Shown here: positions 40,910 to 52,702 of the stretch, in pieces | How the letters are laid out: the number at the start of each line of letters is the position of its first letter | Position numbering within the stretch: position 1 is the stretch's first letter | DNA from: Dimorphilus gyrociliatus | Taxonomy: Eukaryota; Animalia; Annelida | NCBI GenBank assembly: GCA_904063045.1 | Contig: CAJFCJ010000006.1 | Location: forward strand, 620,001 to 684,000 | Reading direction: 5' to 3' | DNA length: 64,000 nucleotides | Made by a program: the position numbers and the translations under genes | The notes under the pieces: generated by a model | What the model saw: only the letters and a program-made list of their open reading frames with translations | What the model was told of the DNA's origin: nothing | Database searches by the model: none

Positions 40910-42979
40910 TCAAGCTCGTAAAGTAACCTTTCCCAACATAGGTTTATTGGAAAATTTCAATTTTGTGATATTTTTTTCTAACTCAAAAACAACAACTGTA
41001 TTTTTTCCATTACGTAATAATGGAGCGGGTAGGTAGAGAGTTCTCTGAGGTCCTGCGTTCCAATATTTTCCAAGTAAAAAGTCATTAACCAAAATGATGC
41101 CTTTACCAAAGTCAGATGTATCGATAAAAGTATCTCCTATCTTATCATCCAAATTAAATTCCGTTTTATACAAATTGGGAAGGCTATGATCTACATAACT
41201 CTCTTCATTCGCTATTTTTTCGATGATTTCTTCACTAAAATCGATAACAGTATGCAACCATTTCTTTATCTTAACTCCATCAGCAAAGATCTCCCCTTCA
41301 AGAAAACCTTTGTGTTGAATGTTCAGAACGTTTCCATAGTTAACCCTTCCCATATTTTCCAACAGCAGTTCTATTTTACATTGTTCATTAGCACCACTCA
41401 ATTCTATGATATTAGTAGGCTCCTCACGATGAGTTAAAATCTTTTTTAGCTTTCTATCAACATAAATGTACATTCTATCACGAACAACTCCTTTCAAAAG
41501 CAATTGTTTGGTTGACTTCGGACAATGGCTTTGAAGATGGAGAAATCCGAAAGATTGTCCAGATTGGGAATGTACATCGAGACTTTCCATATTTAACATG
41601 TAATTCGACTTGGTCTGATAATTAGCAAGTTGTCCAATAACTTTTACAAGTTTTGATAGGCTCAAGAAAGGTGTTAAGTCATACGACCTAGGTTTAATTA
41701 CATGAGACTTTGATGGGGGTTCTGGCAGTGGTGTTTGAGAGAGCTTTTCAAGAATACGCCTGATAATAAAAAATTTATTACTAAGTCTTCCATCTTCAGT
41801 TATTGGAGCATCGTAATCGTAGCTGGTTATAGTTGGTTGATAGCCACTCTCAATTGAATGATTGTTTGCACCATTCCAAAACCCAAAGTTGGTACCTCCT
41901 ACCATCATGTAGAAATTAATAGATGCATTATTAGCAATAATAGAGAGCAATTCATGTTCAAATGACTCCAAATTGATAATGTGATGTTTTTCGAACCAAT
42001 GATCAAACCACCCTGTCCACCATTCAGCAACAAATAGAGGACGATCGGGTTGTAACGTTTTTAACTCATTTAAATGTTTTGTCGCTTGTGTCTGAAAATT
42101 TATGGTCATTAGAGTTCCGGGAAGTCTGCTCTTACCAATATCTCCTGAGGAGTCGGACGTAAAAATTAACTCATTTATTCCATAAGTTTTAAACAAAGAT
42201 TTCAGGAAGAGCAAATATGAAGTTTTTTCACTTGGTTTAATACCTCCAACATAAGCGCCGTATTCATTTTCCAATTGAAAAGCTATTATAGGCCCATTGC
42301 CAGTAGAATATTGATATTGAGCTAATAAAGGGAGTAAACGAGAAAAATAACGCGTCACTTTTGATAAAAACTCCTTATTATGACTTCGAAGTTTTATTGT
42401 ACTCTGACGTAATAGCCAAGATGGTAAGCCACCGAATTCCCACTCAGAACAAATATAAGGACCAGGCCTGATTATCATTTTCATCTTTAATTTATGAACC
42501 ATTTTGATAAAATCAACCAGGTTCCAGCGTCCGCCAAAATGAATCATTCCATCATATGGCTCGTGAAGGTTCCAAGGAACATAAGTTTCCACTGTATTTA
42601 GTCCTGCTGCTTGCATTTTAAGAATTCTATCGCCCCACTGTTCAGGTAACGTACGGAAATAATGAAATGCTCCACTTAATATTAAAAATGGTCGACCGTT
42701 TAAATAGAATTTTGAACGGAAGGCAAATAATCTTTTAGGAAGTTTCAAACCATTTACTTCATATGGAAGACATTTTCCATCAACTATCTCGCAACTTTTG
42801 CCCAGAACTGAATTTCGCTCATTTCTTCCGTCATTTTCTTCTAATGTGTCTAATGAAGGCATAGAATGTCTAGAAACCACATGATAAATTAGATAATAGA
42901 TGCATATTAGACAAAACATGAAGCATGTAAATTGCTTAACAGTTAGACGACGAATAAATGCCTTACAAGCAGTCGTCAT
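40910..42979 (-). CDS. GH35 beta-galactosidase (GLB1-like), type II membrane, intronless
   Basis: SGAFHYFR, TYVPWNLHEP, RPGPYICSEWEFGGLP, acid/base QLENEY, nucleophile VAEWWTGWFDHW, TSYDYDAP; N-terminal TM segment. Confidence 0.93.
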   Translation of the reverse strand: MTTACKAFIRRLTVKQFTCFMFCLICIYYLIYHVVSRHSMPSLDTLEENDGRNERNSVLGKSCEIVDGKCLPYEVNGLKLPKRLFAFRSKFYLNGRPFLILSGAFHYFRTLPEQWGDRILKMQAAGLNTVETYVPWNLHEPYDGMIHFGGRWNLVDFIKMVHKLKMKMIIRPGPYICSEWEFGGLPSWLLRQSTIKLRSHNKEFLSKVTRYFSRLLPLLAQYQYSTGNGPIIAFQLENEYGAYVGGIKPSEKTSYLLFLKSLFKTYGINELIFTSDSSGDIGKSRLPGTLMTINFQTQATKHLNELKTLQPDRPLFVAEWWTGWFDHWFEKHHIINLESFEHELLSIIANNASINFYMMVGGTNFGFWNGANNHSIESGYQPTITSYDYDAPITEDGRLSNKFFIIRRILEKLSQTPLPEPPSKSHVIKPRSYDLTPFLSLSKLVKVIGQLANYQTKSNYMLNMESLDVHSQSGQSFGFLHLQSHCPKSTKQLLLKGVVRDRMYIYVDRKLKKILTHREEPTNIIELSGANEQCKIELLLENMGRVNYGNVLNIQHKGFLEGEIFADGVKIKKWLHTVIDFSEEIIEKIANEESYVDHSLPNLYKTEFNLDDKIGDTFIDTSDFGKGIILVNDFLLGKYWNAGPQRTLYLPAPLLRNGKNTVVVFELEKNITKLKFSNKPMLGKVTLRA

Positions 42980-43107
42980 TTCTTACAAATTACGTGTCCT
43001 TGACCTTAAAAACAATAATAAATTTTCTCAAAAATATAATATAATTCTGTTTTATTGCTACTTTTGAAGAACTAAAATATATTTAAAATTTTTATTTTCA
43101 GAATAAT

Positions 43108-43362
43108 TCAGTCATCATCGTCAGAAGGGACAAAGATATCGTTTTCTTCGAGAAAAGCTGCAACTGATTTGCTTATGTAGGCTCCACCAAATATAAATGG
43201 TAAAACAACAGTCATAACTTTGGAGATAGAAAACCGGGTAAGGTGAGGTGGATTCTCCAATGCTCCAGATTCTCTAACAATCGACATGAAACGTTGTTGT
43301 TGGATAGATGAGAGATTTTTTTGAGTTTTTACCAGCTGTAGAAACGATCTAACAGACGCCAT
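43108..43362 (-). CDS. SMDT1: EMRE, essential MCU regulator, 84 aa
   Basis: Mitochondrial-presequence-like N-terminus, single TM, and the diagnostic tail AAFLEENDIFVPSDDDD; ATG at 43362. Confidence 0.93.
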   Translation of the reverse strand: MASVRSFLQLVKTQKNLSSIQQQRFMSIVRESGALENPPHLTRFSISKVMTVVLPFIFGGAYISKSVAAFLEENDIFVPSDDDD

Positions 43363-43509
43363 TTTTCTACCTTTGAAAACCGGTAACAACCGGTTAGAAG
43401 TATTGACTTATTTTTATTTGCTTGTGCAATAAAAGAATTGCATTAAAAATGAATAAGTACTGCTTTATAGCACAATTAACATATATCAAAGTGTTACTAA
43501 TTTCTTAAG

Positions 43510-45072
43510 TTATTGTTCTTTGTTGCTATTGGTTACTTGAGATTTATTTGTCCATCTCAGCCTAACTTCAGCTATCACATACGCAGTAATCACAGTTGCA
43601 AAATAAAAGAGAAATGCAATATAGAGGCCTTTCGCTGCCAGAGCCAAAAATAATCCCAAAGCGCAATTAATTAAAGCAAATAATAAACATACTCTCCCCA
43701 ACCATCTGTGAAAATTTTCCCAAATCACACGTTTTTTAGGGGTTTTTGAATCAACAGACTTATGAGGTCTGCAAAAGGCTGTAAATTGCTGAAGTCCTAT
43801 TAAATGGACAAGAAAACCGATTATTCCATGTGGAAAAGCATGTAAACCAGCCGATAATATTCCACAAATAAACCCTGCAGTTGCCGTCAAAAGACCCACT
43901 ATTTGCAAAATTCGATGTATTTTAAACCACAATGGATCTTTGTGTCTGAAATATCGAGCTATGAAAGCCCCTGCTTGTAGGCACACTCCCCATCCTATAA
44001 ACATAAATATGCCATGAAGAGCGATTAGATTGAAGAACGGCTGGTTACAAGATTCTGAGATCGGTGAACTTATGTAATTTCCAGACAAGAAATACAAATT
44101 ATTATTTGAACTAGATCCTCCAAACATATAAACACCGTTTCCTGAATGAGTTAAAGCTGGACCAATTCGTCTGTCAGGTATACTACCAACAACTTTCCTC
44201 AGATTCCATTCTTTGCGACCAACATCATATACAGCAACCTGATCGGTTGGAGAGTCACTACCAATTAAAACTTGATTGCTACTCTCATCTCCTCCAAATA
44301 GAATAACAGTTTCAGATGACAACGGAGCCATAGCAGGGTAAGTTCGTGGCGAAGCACAACCTGGGAGTTTTGTCCATTCTCTGTCATTAATGTTAAAAGT
44401 CCATGAATCTCCTGCAGGACACGGACCACCAGCTCCCCCTCCTTTTAAGCAACCGCCATAAATAAAGAGTTGAGATTCTAAGATACATCCTCCTGAGAGA
44501 CATCTTGCATGAGGATAGTTTGGAGAATAAGAATGCCCATCTTTGTGTAACTTAACCCATTGATTCGAAATTAAATCAAAATATAAGGTATCGGCAAATC
44601 GACGGCCTTTATCAAACCCATGACTTAAATAGAGTTGATTATTGCTTATGCCACCGACAGATCCATAGCGCCCTGAAGGAGGTTCGTTTATTGGTGTTTG
44701 CTTTGTCCATATTTCCGTTGACAAGTCAAAACACCAAACGTCGTTAAAAACAACCTTTGAAGTGCCTTCTCCTGTTGTTAAGCAGTACAATTGTCCAAAA
44801 ACGCCTGAAACAAAACTAAAACGTCTTGAAGGGCCTGATGTTTTTATTTCCCTCCAAGTTTTACTTGTTGTATGATAAATCCACGTATCACCCAATATTC
44901 CATCCCCTCCTCGTCCACCGAACAACACAATTTTTTTCAGCGATTGAATGAAACCGATACCACAATCTCTTCTGGGACTGGGGGAATTACCATCACCTTT
45001 GTGAACAAGCTGCCATATTAGTTGATTTTGAACAAATGGGAATATATAAATTAGTATAAAGATACTCTTCAT
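43510..45072 (-). CDS. Signal peptide + six-blade Kelch propeller + C-terminal cytochrome b561 domain; intronless
   Basis: Kelch blades (PSPRR, PSRRF, PSGRY, PHARC, SPRTY, PDRRI, with GG motifs). b561 TMs carry four heme His: ALHG, KIHR, FPHG, NFHR. Confidence 0.88.
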   Translation of the reverse strand: MKSIFILIYIFPFVQNQLIWQLVHKGDGNSPSPRRDCGIGFIQSLKKIVLFGGRGGDGILGDTWIYHTTSKTWREIKTSGPSRRFSFVSGVFGQLYCLTTGEGTSKVVFNDVWCFDLSTEIWTKQTPINEPPSGRYGSVGGISNNQLYLSHGFDKGRRFADTLYFDLISNQWVKLHKDGHSYSPNYPHARCLSGGCILESQLFIYGGCLKGGGAGGPCPAGDSWTFNINDREWTKLPGCASPRTYPAMAPLSSETVILFGGDESSNQVLIGSDSPTDQVAVYDVGRKEWNLRKVVGSIPDRRIGPALTHSGNGVYMFGGSSSNNNLYFLSGNYISSPISESCNQPFFNLIALHGIFMFIGWGVCLQAGAFIARYFRHKDPLWFKIHRILQIVGLLTATAGFICGILSAGLHAFPHGIIGFLVHLIGLQQFTAFCRPHKSVDSKTPKKRVIWENFHRWLGRVCLLFALINCALGLFLALAAKGLYIAFLFYFATVITAYVIAEVRLRWTNKSQVTNSNKEQ

Positions 45073-45672
45073 TCCTGGGTTTTGCCAATTGAATAATAGT
45101 GAATTATGATTAATATTGTAGATGGTATGGAATTTATCGTGCTGCCACCTGTCGACTTTCGTTCATTTCTTTCAGGCCTACTGATTTCATTCATCAAAAA
45201 CAGACATATTGTATCATATCTTAACAGACTTCTCTTCTTTAGCACAATTATTAGAAAAGATATTAAACCTTCTACTTCCCACCACCTGCCGGCATTTTCA
45301 TTATTTGAATATTTACAACGCCTAGTGGCAGAAATAAAAATTATAGTCATCCTTTCCGTTTTTGCTCAACGTATGGTTGAAGAGCCTTTGCTTGTTGATT
45401 TAAAGTGGAAATTATCAGTCTTCCTATGTGAATTGCATCTAAAATCAACGATATATCAAGTTGGAGCTTTCACTTTACGAAAATCAGCAATAATCGATCG
45501 ACTACAGGCAAACTTGGCTGCTGGTACTCTACTCTGGGCCAAACGTTCCTCACTCTCTCCTCACTCAGCCTGACTCTCTTATTTTATTTAATCTATAACA
45601 GTTTTGCTGCTTTCTCAGCTGATATAAAATCTGCAACCTTTCTCACAACCCAAATTATCTTCCACATCAACT

Positions 45673-48043
45673 ATGGCAAATTTAGCTAATCAACGATCAT
45701 TTACAACGTTCAAAATGAATGCACTTTCAATATTTAAGATAGATCTTATCAAGTCTGCAAGATATTTACAGCGGCTCTTAAGTCGAATCGACCAAATACC
45801 TTCACTATATGAGGGCCCAACTGTTGCGGTAGCGATAGAGAGATATGAAACTTACTGGCTTCCTTTAGTTGCCGAAAAAGACAACATCGATCTAGTACCT
45901 CCTATAGATATTCAATGGGTATGGCTTGTACATATGCTGTCTCCCTATTCTTATGAAAATGACTGCCTAAAAATTGTTGGTAAAACAATTGATCATAGGC
46001 TAATGCCTTCAGAAAAGGAGGAGAAGGCAAGATCAAACACAGAAAAAATGTGGAAGATTAAATATCCGAGAGTTCCCTTTCAAATAAATTTTGATAATGT
46101 ATATTCGAACTCCAATTATAAACAAAAATCAACTTACGATCTTCGAATGGCTATTTCTAGACAAAAATTATTCTTTTATCAAGTTTCTTTACCACACTTT
46201 ATTGATAACATATTTCTCGAAAATGCTCTCGATAGATATATAAAATTTTTATATTTGAAACACCTAAAACCTTCGGAATTTTTTGTTCCTTGTTATGACA
46301 TGGATTTGATATGGCATGCCCACCAACTACATCCATTGTTATACAAAGAAGCTACCGAATCTTTATTAGGCAAACTGTTAAACCATGACGACTCAGTTAA
46401 CGATCGATCTAGGGATTCAAAACTAAACAAAGCAGATGTATTAACGAGACAGATCTGGAAAGAAGAATTTGACGAATCATTCTCTTCAGCTGGAGCAATG
46501 TTTCGTGGTATGCCGGTTAATGGTAAATTGAATGCAATAGATACAAAAGAAATATATACAATGTCATCTAAGCGTTGTAAAGTGACTATCTCACAATTAT
46601 ATGTTGATAGTGGTAATTTAAATGAGCATCGACTGATGGTCCGTCTTGCCCTTCGCAAAGCAGGTGCAGACAGCTTAGAAAAGCAAATCTTAAAGCTGAG
46701 AGGCCCACAGAAGCTGTGGAAGTCGAAAGGGGACGGCATAGTAAAATTTGAAATAACCACATCCGATAATGTGTCCCTTCTCTTCGAATTGTATGATTGT
46801 AAGGGACTTATGTGCCTCTATCGTGAGAAAAACTGTGCCTGCAAAAAATTTGATGTGTCAGATATGATTGAGGAGTATCCGACCTGCAGAACCCTCTCCT
46901 ATGAGGCTGTTGGCTTTGAAAGTCAATCGTCATCAACGGAGGCCACCCTCTCTTTTCAAATGTCTTTCTCAGAGCCAGAGAGGAGTATATGCGTTTTTAG
47001 TCTTGAAATTTCAAAATTTGAAACTTGTGTAATACCTGAAAATATTGAACAGTTATGGGGTCCGATTCCAATGGCCCTACTCCCTGAAGGTGTTCCAAAT
47101 ACCTGTTATGCTGCTTCTCATAAAATTTATAATCATCTCAATCATTTCGAATTTACAGCCAGGGTTATCCATTCAATACCTCTTAAAATGTCTGCCATTC
47201 AACTATTCAGAGGTGATAAAATGATAAGTGTAGGACATTTGATTAGCACTGATCAACTTCCTACTGCCAGTGATGTCAGCTGTGACTTCCAATATGCTAC
47301 TATAGACCCCTCTAAAGGTGAAAGAGCTTTCATCATAAAAGATGAATTTGGCGATTGGGGAATTTGTCTAGGATTTTGGGAAGGTCTCAAGAAAGGTATT
47401 CCAGGTAAGGCTGGGTCACGAGGCGTAAAAGCTGTTCGAGGAGTCCCCGGAGACCCTGGTTATTTAGTTATTCGTCTGCTTAAACTTAGGGAACGAACTT
47501 GGACATACACTAAAATTCGTCTTTGCGAAAAAGATAAACAGAAAAAAGAGGCATACATCGAGGGCTTAAATGTTGACTTTAGAACAGCAAAATTTTATGT
47601 TTCAAAGGAGGTCAACGATATAGGTCCAATTTTGACTACAGCTCTATGTCTTACCCTTCTCCAAGTTTTGTGTCAACCAAGAGTAGTTAGCCAAGATTTC
47701 TCTCTAAATATGTCTGAAGAAGAGAAGGAAAATGTGAAATTTGATCAAGAAAATACTTTTGGCTGTTCTACCCTAGCCCTGCTTGTTGCTGGAGGTTTTA
47801 ATATTGATACTCCATGCAACACTTTTATGAAAATTTCATCAGGTGGATCTTGTGCTGGCTGTTGTTGCGATGCAGATGGTAAGATTTATACTTATTTTCT
47901 TTCACAATGATATACTATGTATCATCATAGGTTACGCTGATGTGGCTGGTTGTGGAGGCTGTGGCGGTTGCGGTGGTTGTGGGGGTTGTGGTGGCTGTGG
48001 TGGTTGTGGAGGTTGCGGGGGTTGCGGGGGTTGCGGGGGTTAA
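45673..48043 (+). CDS. GRDP/DUF1399-like glycine-rich-domain protein with (CGG)10 tail (last intron ~47880-47930)
   Basis: LYEGP..AIERY..WLPL, LVPPIDIQWVWLVHMLSP, ALDRYIKFL, FFVPCYDMDLIWHAHQLHPLLY and LNHDDS resemble plant GRDP1/DUF1399. The terminal exon encodes GYADVAG(CGG)10. Confidence 0.85.
47951..48040 (+). repeat. Coding 9-bp tandem repeat (TGY GGN GGN)x10
   Basis: Ten Cys codons exactly 9 nt apart (47951 to 48032), with synonymous third-position variation. Confidence 0.95.
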
Positions 48044-48981
48044 CAAGAAAAACTAATCGTTAAGGACATTATACGTTATTGATATTTGTGATTAAGTTAT
48101 AATTTAAAGTAGCTGTATGTATGCACTGTAATTTCGCTACGTAGTATACACAGTGTCAAAAGTTCAACCCAATCAAAATTCAGCTATTCTCTTCTCAACA
48201 GAAAGAAATTTTGTATTGCGTATACGCCTACTTCGCGCAACAAATTATTACTTTAAATCTCTAGTAATAGTAGTTCTAACAGTGTTTTCGGACTCAATAC
48301 TTCATGTATTTAATATGAGATTTATTAATTTTTAAAAATAAGTTTTTCACTTTAGTATCCATATACTTTACCCATAAAACTTTAGCCGTGAAAAAAGAAT
48401 ATTCAAATTAAGCATAAATGCTTTTAAACATTCCTGTTGTATAAAATGTATACCAAATATACTACATTATCTGATAGAAATCATTACGTACCTCGACACT
48501 ACTCCTTTTTTTTACACAAATGCTAGAAGTATCGCTAATCGATTGAAGTATTTATTTGTAAATCATTATCATGTTTGTCAAAAATAGTAGATAATTCTAT
48601 CATGATACTGAACTTTGTTGTAAATATGTCTTTTAATTAAGTCTTAAGTTTAACTGTCTTCTTACTATCTATCAATATTAAAAATTTTGTGCCAATTTCA
48701 ATACTTCATTTTAATATGTTTCAAAATATTTGTTGCCGTCTCCTCTCGCAACCGGTTAAGTTGTTAAGACTCCATTTCAGTTTGCTGTGCCAACAAAAGC
48801 ACTTAAATGAATATTCAAATGTTCAAGCGATTACAGAGAACCAATGATCAACTAGGGTAGAGTTGCACTAAGCAACAGCGTCCTTAACAACAAGCCCGTT
48901 AAAAGGGGCAAACATTGAAACGAATTGTCACTATCGCTCCAGTTCGAATTTCAATCGTACCATTTCAACTAATCTTTAGCA

Positions 48982-49665
48982 ATGGGTCTTGGTGATGCGT
49001 GGTCTGCCGATCCTGATTTGAACAGCAGGGATCCTAATGAATTAAATAACCACTTAGCTGTAAGTTATTCAGAAATTTTCATTGATAAACCTATAAAACT
49101 ATATAACCGATATAAAAGTATTTTGTCTCTAACGGCGTTTTATTTACTAAATTCGTTTTAAACGAACCAAAAACCTGTCGTTAATTATCATATAAAACTT
49201 AAATTCTTTGGTTTCGAGTAGGGACGAGATTAGGATAAAGGGATATGTTTTCAATAGCATATAGAATCAATATAAACTAGAGATTGTTTTCCCTGACGAC
49301 GAGCAGTGGCAATATCAATTTATGATCCTTTTTGTTTACAGGTGACATATGAAGACGTAATTGGTGAACCTGATCACTTACACAGTATCGATTGTGTTTG
49401 GCGATTCAGTTACAAATGCTTTAATTTATGGAAGACGTTGTGCTATCTGATTATGTCTACCATTTGTGGTATTCCCATGGCAATATATTGGGGTTGCCTC
49501 TTCAGCTGCATTGCTTTCTGTCACATTTGGGAAATAACCCCAATGTTTAAATTGTTTGAAATCAACGTAAGCTGCTACAAGAGATTCTATGGTCTCCTAA
49601 TACATTGCTGTTTGGATCCAATTTGCGAAGCTGTTGGTCTGTGCTTCAGTGCATTCAAGAAGTAA
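48982..49665 (+). CDS. Caveolin, 133 aa (exons 48982-49059, 49342-49665)
   Basis: RDPNELNNHL + VTYEDVIGEP (FEDVIAEP signature), SIDCVW, hydrophobic hairpin. Confidence 0.92.
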
Positions 49666-50401
49666 AACTACGGGTTTTGGCCAAGTCTGAGGATGACCTT
49701 CCACTATTTTCGTGTTTTCTGAATATTCACCTATCATAATAATACAATAGTTAATTATAGCAATAAAATTTATCTGTATAAGTTCTAACAGGTTTGCAAA
49801 ATAAAAATCCTATTTGACACATTTGTTTGTCTATAAATAACTACGTCAGCAAAATTTCAAGAATATTTTGAGGTCTAAGGACAATAATAGATCGGCTATT
49901 GGGATTAACTATCCCTTTTATTAGTTTAGAAATGTGTATGCGAAAAATTACTAAGCTGCAATTGAGTTTTAGAATGACATCGATCAATCACAGATCAATT
50001 CCTAGACCGCTTAAACAGTGTAGATTATTTCTATATATAATCTATCAGAAGGAATTGGTTTATACACACATAAACTTCAAAGCTTGATTTAATATATGAA
50101 AGCGTAAACTTTACTATAAATTAAGTCAACACGGTAATTCGTATTCAGCTGGTTAAGAATATTAGTAAAAACTTTTGCCATTAGTTCCAAAGAGACCTAT
50201 TAAAGTAATAGTTTATTGTCATATTATATATTAGTTTTCAGTTTTTCTTTATTAATTAAAACATTTCACACTTAAAATATACATTTTTATACATTTTCAC
50301 TATCCACATTTTCTATTTCATCTCTTAATCCATTGATAACTGATTCATTCAAACTGCCGATAGGGGACAGATAAAAAGTCACTGCGATGTTGATCATCAT
50401 G

Positions 50402-50968
<567 letters not shown>

Positions 50969-51218
50969 TTATTATGTTGCAGAAATGGTAAATTGCTTAC
51001 AGCTATTGCAAATTTCTCTGATAACCCGTATGATTGTGTTCATCCACAAAACAAAGTAGTTCTGCATAAACAGGACGGAAATAATTGCCTAGCACGAATA
51101 ACATAATTACTGAAATATAATAAAATCTATACATTATTTTTTTTAAATTAATCTTTAATGAGGACTAAGCAATTATCTTTGGTTAAATTAATGACAAATC
51201 TGGCGTAATAATACTTAT

Positions 51219-51310
51219 CATGTGATCATTTTTCATGGGAATTTCCGAGAATGACGTCATTCGTGATTTCACGCGATTTTGTTTTCAATTGCGTGATATG
51301 GCGTGATCAA
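51219..51310. promoter_or_regulatory. Motif cluster upstream of GABARAP: ATGACGTCAT palindrome (51251-51260) plus several CGTGA E-box-like half sites
   Basis: Exact motifs seen in the sequence; function is inferred. Confidence 0.4.
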
Positions 51311-52702
51311 ATGAGATATTTACATTTAAATCACCCTTATTTTATTTCAAAAAATTCTACAAAGAGGAATACCCCACTCCAACTTGTAAGTCGTCGAAGT
51401 TATTCCAACGAAATCAGATGTGAGTATTGCTCATTCATACTTACTATAAGAGTATCATAGAGCTGAAACTTCCATCAATATAATAAATTCCGGGCAAGCT
51501 CCCTTATAATCGTTAAAATAATATAAAAAATCAACATCTATAGTCAAAATTCGTTAAAGCATCATAATTAATTGAGAAAGAACGATAATTATTTTTGTAT
51601 TATTAATAATTTGCAAATAAAAAATGTTGTGACGTTATAGGAAACCAAATGTTATAATAAATTTTGGAGCAGATAGTAATATCTAATTTAGTCTAACTAA
51701 AGACTATAAGAGGCCTATTCATTTAGTAGATTTATTGTCATCAGAAAATTTTCTACTAATGTTAATGCCCGGTCATGGTGCACTTCACCTTCCTTTGTTG
51801 CTTGGGTCATTAACCTTAATTTGCATAAGGCATACTAAAGAAATTTTTCGAAATATCGCATTACGCTATTTTCTGAACAATTTAAAATAAACTATCTTTT
51901 TTCTTCAAGGTAATCAAATTGTTCAAAGACCTATCCATCTCAATTAAGAAAATTTGTATGCATTATTTACTCAAACTTTTCGCTAAGCATGGATACAAAT
52001 ATCAAAAGCATGTTTAACAATAACTTGCACACGTGCTGGAATGGAGATGAAAGCATGTGTTGCAGTCACTGTGTGGCATAGCATAATAGCAGCTTAGAAT
52101 GAACAAGAACCTGAACTCTGATATTTTCAAACCGTTTGTTTTTGAAAGTATTTGAAGATCCAGTTTTCTATCTGGACAGGGTGATAATCATTTATAAAGT
52201 TGGATTTGCCTTATTTTAAACACACGTTAGCTATTGCACTGTATAATTTAGTTTATTGACATTTGCATATTGATATAGGCATGAACGAGTTTGCCAATTG
52301 AAGAAAAAATTTATTACTTTTTACAGATCGCTTTAGTACTAAAGTTAAAACGTCTAACTGTAGCCAAATGATGAAGTGAATTCTTGTGATCTGGGAGTGG
52401 AGTAGACAAGATGTGGTATGTGTTTTGATAATTTTTCTTCATAGGTAGCTTAATATTGCTTCTTTTGTTGCTTCTATTTAAAACCCTTTTAAGCTTGCCG
52501 CAATAAAATCTCGAATTACTTTTGAGTTATAAATTTATATTTAGTATCAAATATAATGGTTTTATCATTTTTTGAAACTGAACAGTGATAAACAGGAGAA
52601 CAGACGAATGATAATACGTTGGATACGACGTACCACATAATGTCGTCTTGTCAGTTTTATCAATTTTCACTAGGTGCTGACTGTGAAAGATCGGCTCATG
52701 CA

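Noticed and set aside
46293-46760. 155-aa minus-strand ORF
   Set aside because: Antisense shadow of the GRDP CDS.
47951-48040. G-rich repeat read as a microsatellite, telomere or CRISPR
   Set aside because: It is codon-phased with synonymous variation and has no spacers; it is a coding repeat.
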